Shown piece after piece: positions 47,815 to 58,437 of a DNA stretch of 64,000 bases. The notes under the pieces were generated by a model. It saw only the letters and a program-made list of their open reading frames with translations, was not told where the DNA came from and did no database searches. The translations under genes and the position numbers were made by a program. Within the stretch, counting starts at the first letter, position 1. Every line of letters begins with the position of its first letter. This DNA comes from an uncultured Chlamydiae bacterium (GTDB taxonomy: Bacteria; Chlamydiota; Chlamydiia; Chlamydiales; JAJFMB01): positions 63,585 to 127,584 of the forward strand of contig OY969110.1 of assembly GCA_963697995.1 (NCBI GenBank). The letters run 5' to 3'.

Positions 47815-48687
47815 TTTCTTAGTCGTTTTTGTGTAAAAAATGACTCGGGCCACTTCATCGAGAATAATCGCCATCCTTTCCTGACTTGAAACCTCCACAC
47901 CAATAGTATCGTATTGCCGTGTAGGATCCATTCCTTGCATAAGAAGTCCTTGCCTGACAATATAAGGAGCGTTTGATACGGCAAGATAGCGACTACCCTT
48001 AGGGGAAGTTTCTAACCAACTTCTTATCGTATCCTCAGTACTTGGACGAACACTTTTTCCCCCTTCCTGCTTCATAGCAGCACTCACAAAAACGACATTC
48101 AGTTTTCGCATCTCCTCTGGAAGGTCAGCCTGTTCAAACACAAACCTAATCATTTCAGCTTCTGTTTTTGGGAGCGTTTCAGGACGCATCCACCCTTCAC
48201 GAATTTTTAAGGGGGAGTTTTTATCCGAAGTCAGGTTCTCCTCACTTTCAAGATGGGGATCCAAAGCTCTCTCCCCACCAAAAAAAATCAGATCTTGAAA
48301 ACGAACCCCTTTGTTCCACTCACTCACTAAATCAAAGAGTCGAAGACGCACGCGCCCAAGAGTTGCACCGTGGATAATAGCTCCTTCATACGTGCCAAAA
48401 TGGGGACGAACACCATTAATAAACCCCATATTTGTCAAAAGTGGGAGGATACGCTCTTTTAATCCTTCAAACTTCGCTGTTTGCTCTTCCCACCGCTCCC
48501 CTTTCCTCAATAAGTTTTTTTGAGCCCACTCATTGATTTTGTCGATACTTTTTGACTCTGATCCCTCATACCCTACGATCTCTAAAAGATCTACAAGGTT
48601 TTTAGTTAGTTCAAAATGGTCATCAAAACAAGGATTTTGGATCATCCATTCGATCACTTGTGGCGCATGTAGGGGAACTTGACTCAT
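47812..48687 (-). CDS. Hypothetical protein (possibly DUF218-like fold)
   Basis: AIIHGAT; FFGGER; TEAEM; RPSTEDT; AVSNAPY. Confidence 0.65.
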   Translation of the reverse strand: MSQVPLHAPQVIEWMIQNPCFDDHFELTKNLVDLLEIVGYEGSESKSIDKINEWAQKNLLRKGERWEEQTAKFEGLKERILPLLTNMGFINGVRPHFGTYEGAIIHGATLGRVRLRLFDLVSEWNKGVRFQDLIFFGGERALDPHLESEENLTSDKNSPLKIREGWMRPETLPKTEAEMIRFVFEQADLPEEMRKLNVVFVSAAMKQEGGKSVRPSTEDTIRSWLETSPKGSRYLAVSNAPYIVRQGLLMQGMDPTRQYDTIGVEVSSQERMAIILDEVARVIFYTKTTKK

Positions 48688-48706
48688 GAAAGGGACTTCT
48701 TTTTTT

Positions 48707-49762
48707 CTAGTCCATTTTCACAAAAGAGTCATATCTCGTCAATTCAAACATTTTTTTCCCGAGATAGGGAAACTTTTGAATAAGGGGAAAAGCACGAGAT
48801 GAAAGATCGGGTTTTAAAAGCAATCGGTGCAAAAGTTTTGCCCAAAACAGTTGCCGAGAACATTTTTTTGCCCAGATTTTCTTAAAACCAACTGAGTCTC
48901 CTTTCACTGCGAAATGCCCCGCAAGGCACCCTCCAAAAAGGGCAAGCGACAAACCCTCTCCGGAAGCCGGAGGAATTGTGAATGCCGCGTCCCCAATAAA
49001 GTAGACTCTTTTCCAATCAGGGGTCTTTTTTATGCCAAACTCAGGGATTGGACCCTTCATCCAATCCTCAAAAAGTGGAGTTCCTTGTGAAAGAAGCTCT
49101 TGAAGAGAAGGTGTTTCCCTAATAATCGCCTCTATTGATTGCCCCTCTTTTCCTTCTGCAAGGCACGCCACATTAAACTTTCCCTCCTCAATCGGTGAAA
49201 TCCCTAAATAGGCACCCGGAAGAGAAAACATCTGCATCTCTCCCTCTTTTAAGGGAAGAGACTTAAAGTGTGCTTTAAACCCGATATAGGGAAATTTAGG
49301 TTTAACGCTTCCAGGATAGCGCCCTGTTGCAATGATCACGTTAAGGGCTTCAACGTTCACTCCATTAGAGAGTTGAAGAAGGTGAGGCCCCTTCTCACTT
49401 GGCTGAAAATTAAGAACTTGAGTTTCGGTCAAAATGTTCAATTTTAGGTCTTTTGCAAACTTTAAAAGAGCTGGATCTAATCTGATATGAGACAAGCTTC
49501 CCCCGCTTTTTTGAAAGGGGTAGATCAGTTGATTTGTTTGAGCCCTCAACTTAAGCTCAAAAATTGGGACCGGTGAAACACCCCATCTCTTTAACAGATC
49601 TAAAGATTCAGGAGAGAGAAACTCTCCACAAATTTTGTGTTGAGGATAGGAGCCAGCTTCAATCAGTAAAGGTTTTTTTCCAAGCTCTAACAGGCGAATT
49701 GCTGCGGCAAGTCCTGCGACACCCCCTCCCACAATTGCAAATTCTGTTTTCAAGAGGAGCAC
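48707..49762 (-). CDS. FAD-dependent oxidoreductase/monooxygenase
   Basis: GGGVAG; KICGEFLS; IGDAA..IPPASGEGLS. Confidence 0.88.
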   Translation of the reverse strand: MLLLKTEFAIVGGGVAGLAAAIRLLELGKKPLLIEAGSYPQHKICGEFLSPESLDLLKRWGVSPVPIFELKLRAQTNQLIYPFQKSGGSLSHIRLDPALLKFAKDLKLNILTETQVLNFQPSEKGPHLLQLSNGVNVEALNVIIATGRYPGSVKPKFPYIGFKAHFKSLPLKEGEMQMFSLPGAYLGISPIEEGKFNVACLAEGKEGQSIEAIIRETPSLQELLSQGTPLFEDWMKGPIPEFGIKKTPDWKRVYFIGDAAFTIPPASGEGLSLALFGGCLAGHFAVKGDSVGFKKIWAKKCSRQLFWAKLLHRLLLKPDLSSRAFPLIQKFPYLGKKMFELTRYDSFVKMD

Positions 49763-50433
49763 CTCTTATCTATTGAGATGACCCACCTAAAAGGAAAGTG
49801 CCATTTTATAGAGCAACGCTCTAAAGGGATCCCAGCAGCCTTTAGGTATTGGAACAACTCTTCCTTTTTAAAGCTTCTCTTAATCGACAAAAGACCGTCG
49901 TGAAAAATCAAGCGATTCTGAAAAAGAGGGTAAGCTATGAGGCCAAAAGCCATGTAAGCTAAAGGATGGCGGTGCAAATCGTTGATGATGACCCCTTTTT
50001 TAGCGGTTTGGTAGGCTGTTTTAATAAACTCAACCATCTCCTCGTCGTTTAAATGGTGACAAACAAGAGTCGCTGTCACGACATCGAACGGCTCCTTTAA
50101 AAAAGAGCCCTCTTTAAAGGAAATGTTTTTGAGTACAAACGACTGCTTCTCAAGCCTCTTTTGAGCGTGAGTTATCGCATTTGCTGAAATATCTACCCCT
50201 ACCACTTTCGCTTGCGGGAATTTTTTTGCAAGCTCAAAAGCAAAATACCCCCCACCGCAACCGACATCTAAAATTGTTTGGGGTTTAAAAGGGTGAAATG
50301 CCTTAAAAGTCGCTTCTTGAGCGCCCAAAAAGGTTCCCACTCGACCCAATTGATCAAGACACGCTTCATACTCCTTATCTGTATAGTGAGGAGGGCCTAA
50401 ATCGAGTAGCTCTTTTTCAAAGGAACGCTTCAC
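49750..50433 (-). CDS. SAM-dependent methyltransferase (GTG start approximate)
   Basis: ILDVGCGGG; LVCHHL; IINDLHR; start overlaps the PKS stop codon. Confidence 0.88.
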   Translation of the reverse strand: MKRSFEKELLDLGPPHYTDKEYEACLDQLGRVGTFLGAQEATFKAFHPFKPQTILDVGCGGGYFAFELAKKFPQAKVVGVDISANAITHAQKRLEKQSFVLKNISFKEGSFLKEPFDVVTATLVCHHLNDEEMVEFIKTAYQTAKKGVIINDLHRHPLAYMAFGLIAYPLFQNRLIFHDGLLSIKRSFKKEELFQYLKAAGIPLERCSIKWHFPFRWVISIDKRCSS

Positions 50434-51518
50434 GAACACCTCTCTAGTAAGAGCCCTTCGATAGAGAGTCCTGGGCCAAATCCTAAGCCCAAAGTCCATC
50501 TCTTTTTATTCTCCTCTTCCAAAAGCTCCTTTAAAACAAATAAAAAAGTTGCAGAAGACATATTGCCAAACTTTGCAAGGGTATTCCAGGAAGCCTTCAT
50601 CGTCTTCTCCTTGAGTTTTAAAGCCTTTTCGGTGGCTTGTAGAATCGATTTTCCTCCGGGATGAACGGCAAATTCACACTCCTCTATTGAGTGAGACTCC
50701 ATTAGTTGCGAGGTAACAAACGGCTCTATTTGCCTTGCAAGAAGAACTGGAACTGTGTGGGAGAGCTGCATCACAAACCCCTCATCTGTTGCCTCCCAGC
50801 TCATTTTGTCTTCAGTACCCTCTAACCCAAACGATCCTTTTTTACAAATCCTCCAAAGGGGTTTCTTAGAATCTCTGACATCTGCCCCAACAACCACCGC
50901 TGCCGCACCATCTGAAAAAAGGGAGTTAGCTAACATATTATCTAGTGTTTGATCTGCCTGAATATGAAGAGAGCAAAGCTCAGTACAAACCACTAAAACT
51001 CTGTGATGGGGATTCTCTTTGACAAACGAATCAGCAAGAGAGAGCCCTTTAAAAGCCCCAAAGCACCCCATAAAATTAATTCCAAAACGGTTAACCGTCG
51101 GATTTAACTGCAACCTTTTCATTAAGTCAAATTCAATCCCGGGAGCCACCATCCCAGTACAAGAGACAAAAACCACGTGAGTGATCCTTTTTGGGTCCTC
51201 TCCCCACGACTCTAAAGCCTTTAAAGCTGCCTCATACGCAAGCTTTGGCGCTTCCCTTTTATAGATCTGGTTTCTTAAATTGGTTCCAGGCCTTTTCTTT
51301 GGATAATCGCTACTCAAAAAATTAAAAGAGGAGCGCTCTTTTGTAAAATCTGGAACCACCGAAAACCTGGTCTCAATGTTTGAATTTTCGTAGAGTTTTT
51401 TTAAAGAAGCGGCTTTGTCTCCCTCTAAAGAGAACATTTGGATAAACAGGTCAGCCACTTCCCGCTGGAAAAAACGGTAAGGGGGTAGAGCTGTTGATAG
51501 AGCTAAAATTGATGACAA
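50430..51518 (-). CDS. Type III polyketide synthase
   Basis: Catalytic triad FMGCFG / VHPGG / GNMSS; LFSDGAAA; GFGPGL; TTG start after GGAGG. Confidence 0.93.
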   Translation of the reverse strand: MSSILALSTALPPYRFFQREVADLFIQMFSLEGDKAASLKKLYENSNIETRFSVVPDFTKERSSFNFLSSDYPKKRPGTNLRNQIYKREAPKLAYEAALKALESWGEDPKRITHVVFVSCTGMVAPGIEFDLMKRLQLNPTVNRFGINFMGCFGAFKGLSLADSFVKENPHHRVLVVCTELCSLHIQADQTLDNMLANSLFSDGAAAVVVGADVRDSKKPLWRICKKGSFGLEGTEDKMSWEATDEGFVMQLSHTVPVLLARQIEPFVTSQLMESHSIEECEFAVHPGGKSILQATEKALKLKEKTMKASWNTLAKFGNMSSATFLFVLKELLEEENKKRWTLGLGFGPGLSIEGLLLERCS

Positions 51519-51771
51519 AAGGGCCTCCCATTTGAAAAATCTCACCCTATCAAAAAAAAGATTTAGTAGGTATATTTAACTACAAATTCTTGAACTTGCA
51601 AACGCCAAGCCATTATTTTAATATTGCTTATTTATTTCTCTTTTCAGAAACTCAACACTTTTAAACTCTCTACCGGATGAATTATTAATAAATATTTTTA
51701 TTAGAAATACGACTCGGATAAATATAAAACCACAATTTTAATCACTTAAAAACACCCTTAAGGAGGATAAC

Positions 51772-52236
51772 GTGTTACCCATTATCAACGGATTATTAAA
51801 CTTAAAAGATTGTTTATCATCTTCCCATCTTTATACACAAAGTCAATCGAAAAAGCATCTCCAGGGGTGGAAAGTGCTCTGTTTGCAAGCACGAGTAGGA
51901 GTTGTCGCTTTAGATGCAATAAGTCTTTTAGCTCATCTATCGGGAAACGATACTATTTACTACACGGCAAGAGCCGGGCAAGTCGTCTTTGCCGCAATCG
52001 CAATAGGCCCAGAATATATCCTGCGAACTGATAAGGAACAAATCACTCATGCAGACCTCATGAAAAGCTTCCCAATCCCAATCAGCATGATTTTAGCTCA
52101 TATTGGAGAAGCGGTTGGCGAGACTTCGGGACTAACCCTCAATAGCACTCGTGCAAGAGTTGTGGCAGAAGTCATAACACTTTCCTTGTCCCATCCTAAT
52201 CGTATTTCTTTGCTTGAGAATGCGCGATTACACTAG
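51772..52236 (+). CDS. Hypothetical hydrophobic protein
   Basis: AGGAGG RBS; hydrophobic stretches. Confidence 0.55.
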   Translation: MLPIINGLLNLKDCLSSSHLYTQSQSKKHLQGWKVLCLQARVGVVALDAISLLAHLSGNDTIYYTARAGQVVFAAIAIGPEYILRTDKEQITHADLMKSFPIPISMILAHIGEAVGETSGLTLNSTRARVVAEVITLSLSHPNRISLLENARLH

Positions 52237-52245
52237 AGACAGGCC

Positions 52246-52296
52246 CTAGTACCCCAACTTAAAAGTTTTGACGGAAAATTTTAAGTTGGGGTACTA
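52246..52296. repeat. Mini-palindrome, family C (51 bp)
   Basis: TAGTACCCCAACTTAAAA / TTTTAAGTTGGGGTACTA, perfect 18-bp arms. Confidence 0.8.
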
Positions 52297-52464
52297 ATAC
52301 AGTTGAACAAAAGTTTTTAGCTTAAATTTCGATTTCAAAGCCCCGGGGGTCGCGGATCGAAAATGGGGTTGTATTAACTCCGTACTAGCCCCATTTTCGA
52401 TACACGAACCGCGGGAGCTTTCAAATTAAAATTTTCAGTAAAAACTTTTGTTCAACTGTACTAG
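52294..52464. mobile_element. MITE-like element, family B, copy 3
   Basis: Same TIR and body; CTAA at the left end, CTAG at the right; abuts family C. Confidence 0.9.
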
Positions 52465-53201
52465 GTCTATTTTTATTTGAATATAGCCAACGAATCCCAT
52501 TGAGTATCATAAAAACCTGGTCAGGATTGGCCTCTGGATGGGGACTAAACCCCATAACCCACCCTTTGCCATCTCTTCCGTAAAATATTGCAGGGCTTCC
52601 GCGCATTACACCAGGCACGCCTCCTTTTGCGACAACTTCTCCCAAGTAGTGTGCCAAAGGGGTAAAATCAGCACCTGCAGTAACAGTGGAAGCATCGATT
52701 ACAGGTCCGTTGTGGTAGAGAATGTTAAAGACTTTTTCTGTTGTGCCAAAAATCTCCTCTCCCTTTGGTGTTAAGCTTACAGGAAGCACAGCTTTTCCAC
52801 GGGACCAATGTTTTTTGTCCTTTGTATTTAGAGGTAAAAGGCCGATATCGGTGGGCTTAGCTTCCGTCAAAAGATAGCAGCCGGCGCAAATACCAATATA
52901 CAATCCCCCATTTTTTACAAATTGACGCACCTCCTCGCGCCCCTTTTCGCTCATGGCAATCGACTCAACCTTTGCAGAGCCCCCAGGAACTAAAAGCAAA
53001 TCAAACTCTTTTAGGGAGCCTTCTCGCAACTCTTCGGCAGTAAGAGTGGTCAAACTCATATCGGAAGTGTTTTCTAAAGCAGTTACTAACCCCGATCGAG
53101 GGTGAGCCCCCTTATCTAAAAATAGAGCCACCTTAATTTTATTTCCCTCAAGTGAGGACAAGATCAAGAATAAAACAGAAACATCTTAAAAGAAAAAACA
53201 T
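52421..53201 (-). CDS. BPL_N-like class I glutamine-amidotransferase-fold protein (apparent frameshift in the N-terminal leader)
   Basis: VPGG; GICAG; PHPE. The ATG at 53201 with GAGGTG RBS is out of frame with the main ORF (53167). Confidence 0.75.
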
Positions 53202-53321
53202 AACACACCTCAACCGTTTAATAACGACTTTTAAAAATTATGACAACAAAAGAGGAAAATACCCTACTAAAAAGTTTTGTGGCATTCCCAATTTTTGCAA
53301 CTCTTGGTAAAATGTTAGGGT

Positions 53322-53744
53322 ATGTTTTCCCTATTTAAGCCCGATTTTGCTTCTTATCCTTCTATTCCCCTTGTGGCCTCTTACGTCGAAGGAGGGTTCC
53401 CCTCTCCAGCAGAAGACTCGATCGAAAAAGAGCTCAACTTAAACGAGCTTTTGATTGAGCATCCAGCAGCCACTTTCTTTATTCGCGTCCAAGGGGACTC
53501 GATGCAAGAAGCCAAGATCGATTCAGGAGACATTTTAATCGTTGACCGATCGACTCCTCCAAGTTCTGGAAGGATTGTGGTAGCTGTGCTCAACGGGGAG
53601 TTTACCGTAAAACGGCTCCTTGTGAAAGAGGGGCGTATTTTTCTAAAAGCTGAAAATTCTAAGTTTCCCTTAATTGCAATCAACGAGGAAACCGATTTCC
53701 GAATTTGGGGAGTGGTGACGTACATCATCCACAAGGCCAAGTAG
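53322..53744 (+). CDS. umuD: UmuD-like S24 protein
   Basis: GFPSPA; GDSM; FTVKRL; IWGVV. Confidence 0.92.
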   Translation: MFSLFKPDFASYPSIPLVASYVEGGFPSPAEDSIEKELNLNELLIEHPAATFFIRVQGDSMQEAKIDSGDILIVDRSTPPSSGRIVVAVLNGEFTVKRLLVKEGRIFLKAENSKFPLIAINEETDFRIWGVVTYIIHKAK

Positions 53745-54952
53745 TGATTGGACTTGTCGACTGCAATAACTTCTACGTCTCTTGCGAAAGGGTCTTCAAC
53801 CCAAAACTCGAAGGAGTCCCCGTTGTAGTTCTCTCAAACAACGATGGGTGCTTTGTGGCCAGATCAAACGAGGCAAAAGCGCTTGGCATTCCAATGGGAG
53901 CTCCTTACTTCCAGTATAGAGAGCTTATCGAACGGCACCAAGTGGTCACCCTCTCATCGAATTACACCCTTTATGGCGATATGTCCCGAAGAGTGATGCA
54001 GACCCTTCGGCAATTTGGCTTACCACTCGATATCTACTCGATCGATGAGGCGTTTTTAGATATGGAAGTGGCAGATCCTGTAGCTGTTGCAAAAGAAATT
54101 AGGGAAACAGTCAAAAAATGGACCGGAATTGCCGTTTCAATTGGAATCGCTTCGACTAAAACCCTCGCCAAGCTTGCAAACCAAATCGCTAAAAAGGGAA
54201 CTGGAGTGTGCCTAATAGATCACCCCGACCCGATTTTAAAACAAACTCTGGTGGAAGAGATCTGGGGGATCGGTTCAAGGCTAAAAGTGCGCTTAAATCA
54301 AAGACAGATCTACACAGCTTACGACTTAAAAAAAAGCGACGATACGTTCATTAAAAAGTTGATGGGTGTAGTAGGAATTAGAACAGCTTATGAACTAAGA
54401 GGCATTTCTTGTTTGCCTCTTGAAGAGGCGCCTCAAGGAAAAAAATCGCTTACCACAGCCAAAGGGTTTGGTCGCCCTATTTCAAACAGGGATGAGCTCA
54501 ATCAGGCAGTAGCCTCCTACACAGCTCGCCTCGCTGAAAAACTAAGACAGCAAAAAAAAGTAGCTTCCCACTTAACTGTTTTTGCCTTCCCGATGCTAGG
54601 TTACGAGGCCGCCAGCACACCTCTTATACCAGCAACCGCCTACACACCAGAGCTTATTGAAAAGGCTCAATCTCTTTTCCAAACCCTTTACAAAGAAGGG
54701 GTTTCCTACCGGAAAGTGGGAATTTTGCTAGAGGGACTCATACCAAGAGAAACGGTACAACCCGATCTTTTCGCTATTAGGCCGTATGAAAAGGAAAAAA
54801 AGTTGATGGAGGTTGTCGACAAATTAAACCAAAGAAAAAAAACAATTCTTTTTGGCGCGGAAGGGTTAAAAGAGACGTGGAAAATGAAACAAGATAAGCG
54901 AACGGCGCGCTACACCACCTGTTTTGACGAGCTCCTCACGATTAACATCTAA
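53744..54952 (+). CDS. umuC: Y-family DNA polymerase V subunit
   Basis: [12 protein letters not shown]; SNNDGC; YSIDEAF; C-terminal W.MKQ...RYTT. Confidence 0.93.
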   Translation: MIGLVDCNNFYVSCERVFNPKLEGVPVVVLSNNDGCFVARSNEAKALGIPMGAPYFQYRELIERHQVVTLSSNYTLYGDMSRRVMQTLRQFGLPLDIYSIDEAFLDMEVADPVAVAKEIRETVKKWTGIAVSIGIASTKTLAKLANQIAKKGTGVCLIDHPDPILKQTLVEEIWGIGSRLKVRLNQRQIYTAYDLKKSDDTFIKKLMGVVGIRTAYELRGISCLPLEEAPQGKKSLTTAKGFGRPISNRDELNQAVASYTARLAEKLRQQKKVASHLTVFAFPMLGYEAASTPLIPATAYTPELIEKAQSLFQTLYKEGVSYRKVGILLEGLIPRETVQPDLFAIRPYEKEKKLMEVVDKLNQRKKTILFGAEGLKETWKMKQDKRTARYTTCFDELLTINI

Positions 54953-57139
54953 GAACCACAAGAGCCAAAAGTTCCTTGCTTTTGAATAGTCCCCGTATTG
55001 TTTTCTTCTGTCGACTCTTCAGTCAAATTAAACACGCCATTTTGAGAGTTAACAAAAAGGTAAGGGACTGGCACATTTGTAAAAGCCTCATTATGAACAA
55101 AATTTAAGCAAGTTTTACAATTCGCCTGAAACGGCAACATAAACAGCATACCCGTTTTGTAAAGACGATCCAGATAAAAACTGATTGGAGGTGATGTTTA
55201 AATAAGCATCTTGGCTAGAAGAGTCATAATGAACAATAGCTCCAGTAGACCCCTGACCTGTTAGAGTGATTTGATTAAATTTATTAGAAAAAATTGAACA
55301 ATTATTTAAGTTTCCCTTATCAAAAATGACGTTCGTTATACCTATTGCCCCATCAATATTATTGAACACATTATTAGAAACTGTATAATTCCCTAAAGAA
55401 CCACTTTGAATAATATTCCAAATGCCTATCGTTTCACTACTAACAAGGTTATTGAACCGGCAATGAGAAAGAGTGAAATTGCCAATATTTCCTCCACCGA
55501 TCAAGTTCACAAGACCTGTTGAACCACCACCTGTGGGAGCTTCTAAGAGGTTGTTCCACTCGGTATTGTTAACATTAAAACTGTTAATGACTCCTCCAAA
55601 TAACAAATTTTGAATACCATAAGCATTGACCAAATCGTTAAATTGAGTGCATGAAATATTAAATGAGTTAAGGTTTCCCCCTACAATAATTGTCTGAATA
55701 CCTGAAGAAGACCCTGAAAATTTATTAAACTGACATTTGGAAATATTTAATTTATTTATTAAACCGGATTCTAGTCCGATAAAAATACCATTCCCAGAAT
55801 TATTAAAATTTGAAAAACGGGAATTCTCCACTAGGAGCCTTCCAGAGGGGTTAAAAAGGTAAATTCCACTGGAATTTCCGCTACTTTGGTTAATAAATTG
55901 GTTGTGGGTGGCTGTTAGATCGGTAATACCAGACCCAAAAAGTCCTGTTCCATTTTGAGGGGAAATTAAAAATGTAAAACCTGACACCCTATTGCCGTTT
56001 GCCAAATTCACACAATTAAGACGATTCAAATTTGTGATGGAAGGGGCAGTTGAAGCTTGAGGAGGAATCACAAGAGGGCCATATAAGGTGTCGACCGTTT
56101 GGGGAATAGAAGCTCCAAGAAAGAGCTGCTTGTTTTTTAATCGAATCCCCTGATCCATACCCCGAACACTTCCATCGCCAGGGAAAACATAGATCACATC
56201 ATCAGGTTTTGAATGCCGTTCTGCCTCCGTTAAAGTTGGGAAAGGACTCTCAAAAGTTCCAGCAGATGAGCTTCTGTTATCGACAAAAAAGAAAGTCCAG
56301 GGTCTACCAGTCGCAGGATTAATGGCTTCTTTTTTCTCCTTTTGCTTTGCAACGGGGATAATCTCAAACCTCTCAATCCTCATCAATTCCAACTTTTGGC
56401 AAAGAGTCACAGGGCGGCAACACCCCAAAGGAATGCTAAGAGTGATTTGGGCTTGCCCTACCCATTTAAAGAAGTGATCGTAGGAGGTCCTGACTTCTAG
56501 ATTGAGGTAGTTAAGGTAGAGGTCAGAAGAGGCTCTCAACTGTCCACCCCAAGTGTGGCGTTGATTTCCACGAAGGTAGTAAGGACCAGCTGCGACGTAA
56601 AAAGGATTTTTGCGAAATCCCACTTCAGCATTCATTCCTTTCATAGCAAATTGCTTACAAGCAGATGCTAATAAATAGTGCCCCTGAAAACCTGCGAAGG
56701 TATTTGTCATTTGGATCACCTCTTGAGTCCCAAAAGGAATATAGCCATTGATTCTAAAATCCCAAACAGAACCCAAAGTTTCAAAGCCAAAACCTCCCTG
56801 CTGGTAGTGTAACTCTTCAGTGTTCCGATAGTCGTAGTAACCGTTGATACCAAAGATGCGGCCCTTGTTGAGATAGCGCCATCCAAGCCCGATGTTTGCA
56901 GCTAACTTCCCATCATCAAATACGTGCCCACGAAGATCGAGAAAGGGAAATCCGTTTTTATTCGAATTGTAGGGAACTTTTAAGAAGGCGCTAAGAGTGG
57001 TATACCCTTTATCATAGCCGATCCCTTTCAAAGAGTCGTAACGCGCTTCAATTTGAAGAGGAGTATCGATAATGTTGGCCTTTATAGATTGCAGAGAAAA
57101 AAGGCACAAGATTGGGATTAAGAGCTTCCACATTTTCAA
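54949..57139 (-). CDS. Inverse-autotransporter-like beta domain plus beta-helix passenger; frameshift near 55117 separates the C-terminal ~55 aa
   Basis: Signal peptide; ANIGLGWRY; GINGYYD; [10 protein letters not shown]; [10 protein letters not shown]; Asn/Gly-rich repeats; tail continues in 54949-55149. Confidence 0.75.
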
Positions 57140-57269
57140 ATCATCCTTTTAAAATAAGTAAGATCTTTATACTTACAAACCCCATTTTTTTTCCAGGATT
57201 TTTTTCAATTGGAATTCGATTTAAAAAAAAGAGGGTTTGAACTTAAGATGGTATTATTTGGAGAGGCCT

Positions 57270-57977
57270 ATGAGTTATACAACAAACGAACTTGGACAAC
57301 CGATCGGATTTGCAATAGAGAACTTTAATCAACCGACTTGCCCAAATTTTAAAGCTCTTTCGGGACATTTTGTCAACGTGGAGCCAATTTCTTTGACCCA
57401 TGCTCCCTCTCTTTATAAAGCGTTTTCAATGGATTTAAAGGGGGGAAACTGGACCTATATGGCTTATGGGCCCTTTAAAAACGAAGCCGAATTCACTGCA
57501 TGGATGAAATCAACCTGCTTTGGGGAAGATCCTAAATTTTATACACTCCTACTAGAAGGGGTTCCAGCAGGTGTTGCAAGCTATTTACGAATTGAACCAA
57601 AAATTGGGTGTATAGAAATTGGGCATATTCACCTATCGCCCCTTCTACAACGAACGCGTGCGGGAACTGAAGCGCTTCTTTTAATGATTAAGTGGGCCTT
57701 TGATGCTGGATATCGGCGCGTTGAATGGAAATGTGACGCCCTTAACGCCCCTTCTCGTCATGCGGCTAAAAGATTAGGATTCACCTTTGAGGGCATTTTT
57801 AGACAAGCTACAATCTATAAATCGCGAAACCGAGACACCTCCTGGTATGCTATTACAAGTGAGGAGTGGGGAAAGCTTGCAAAAGCGTATGAAGTGTGGC
57901 TTAACAAAGACAATTTCGACAAAGAGGGAAAAGAGATAAAAAAACTCTCCGAACTGACAGCTCAAATTTTTATTTAA
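57270..57977 (+). CDS. RimJ/RimL-type GNAT acetyltransferase
   Basis: NELGQPIG; IEIGHI; GYRRVEWKCDALN; LGFTFEG. Confidence 0.9.
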   Translation: MSYTTNELGQPIGFAIENFNQPTCPNFKALSGHFVNVEPISLTHAPSLYKAFSMDLKGGNWTYMAYGPFKNEAEFTAWMKSTCFGEDPKFYTLLLEGVPAGVASYLRIEPKIGCIEIGHIHLSPLLQRTRAGTEALLLMIKWAFDAGYRRVEWKCDALNAPSRHAAKRLGFTFEGIFRQATIYKSRNRDTSWYAITSEEWGKLAKAYEVWLNKDNFDKEGKEIKKLSELTAQIFI

Positions 57978-58074
57978 AAGAACTTTCGAAAAATTCTTAG
58001 CTAAATGATATTTCTTGTTGAGGAATATTCCTTTATGGTAGTATACCCTATTTAAACGGTAGGTACCTTTTTTC

Positions 58075-58437
58075 ATGAAGCTTATTCAAATTTACGAATG
58101 CCTTTGCGATGAGACACGGCTGCGTATTTTAAACCTCTTATCAGTCACCCCTCTTTGCGTCTCCCATCTACAAAAAATTTTACAAATAACTCAGGTCAAC
58201 GTATCGAAACACCTTCTCTACATGAAAGAAAGAGATATGGTTAAAGCCACCCGCTATGAAAATAGGATGCTCTATTCATTAAACAAAGAAACTTGCTGTG
58301 AACTTGAAAACAACATGAGATGTCTACAAGATTGCAGTAAAGAGTACCCTATTTTTAAAAAAGATTTGAAAGAATTGGAAGCTATTCTGAACGAAGTGTC
58401 AAAAGTAAAAGAAAAAATTAAACTAAGGAATGATTAA
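58075..58437 (+). CDS. ArsR/SmtB transcriptional regulator
   Basis: LCDETRLRILNLL...LCVSHL...VSKHL; several Cys residues. Confidence 0.88.
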   Translation: MKLIQIYECLCDETRLRILNLLSVTPLCVSHLQKILQITQVNVSKHLLYMKERDMVKATRYENRMLYSLNKETCCELENNMRCLQDCSKEYPIFKKDLKELEAILNEVSKVKEKIKLRND

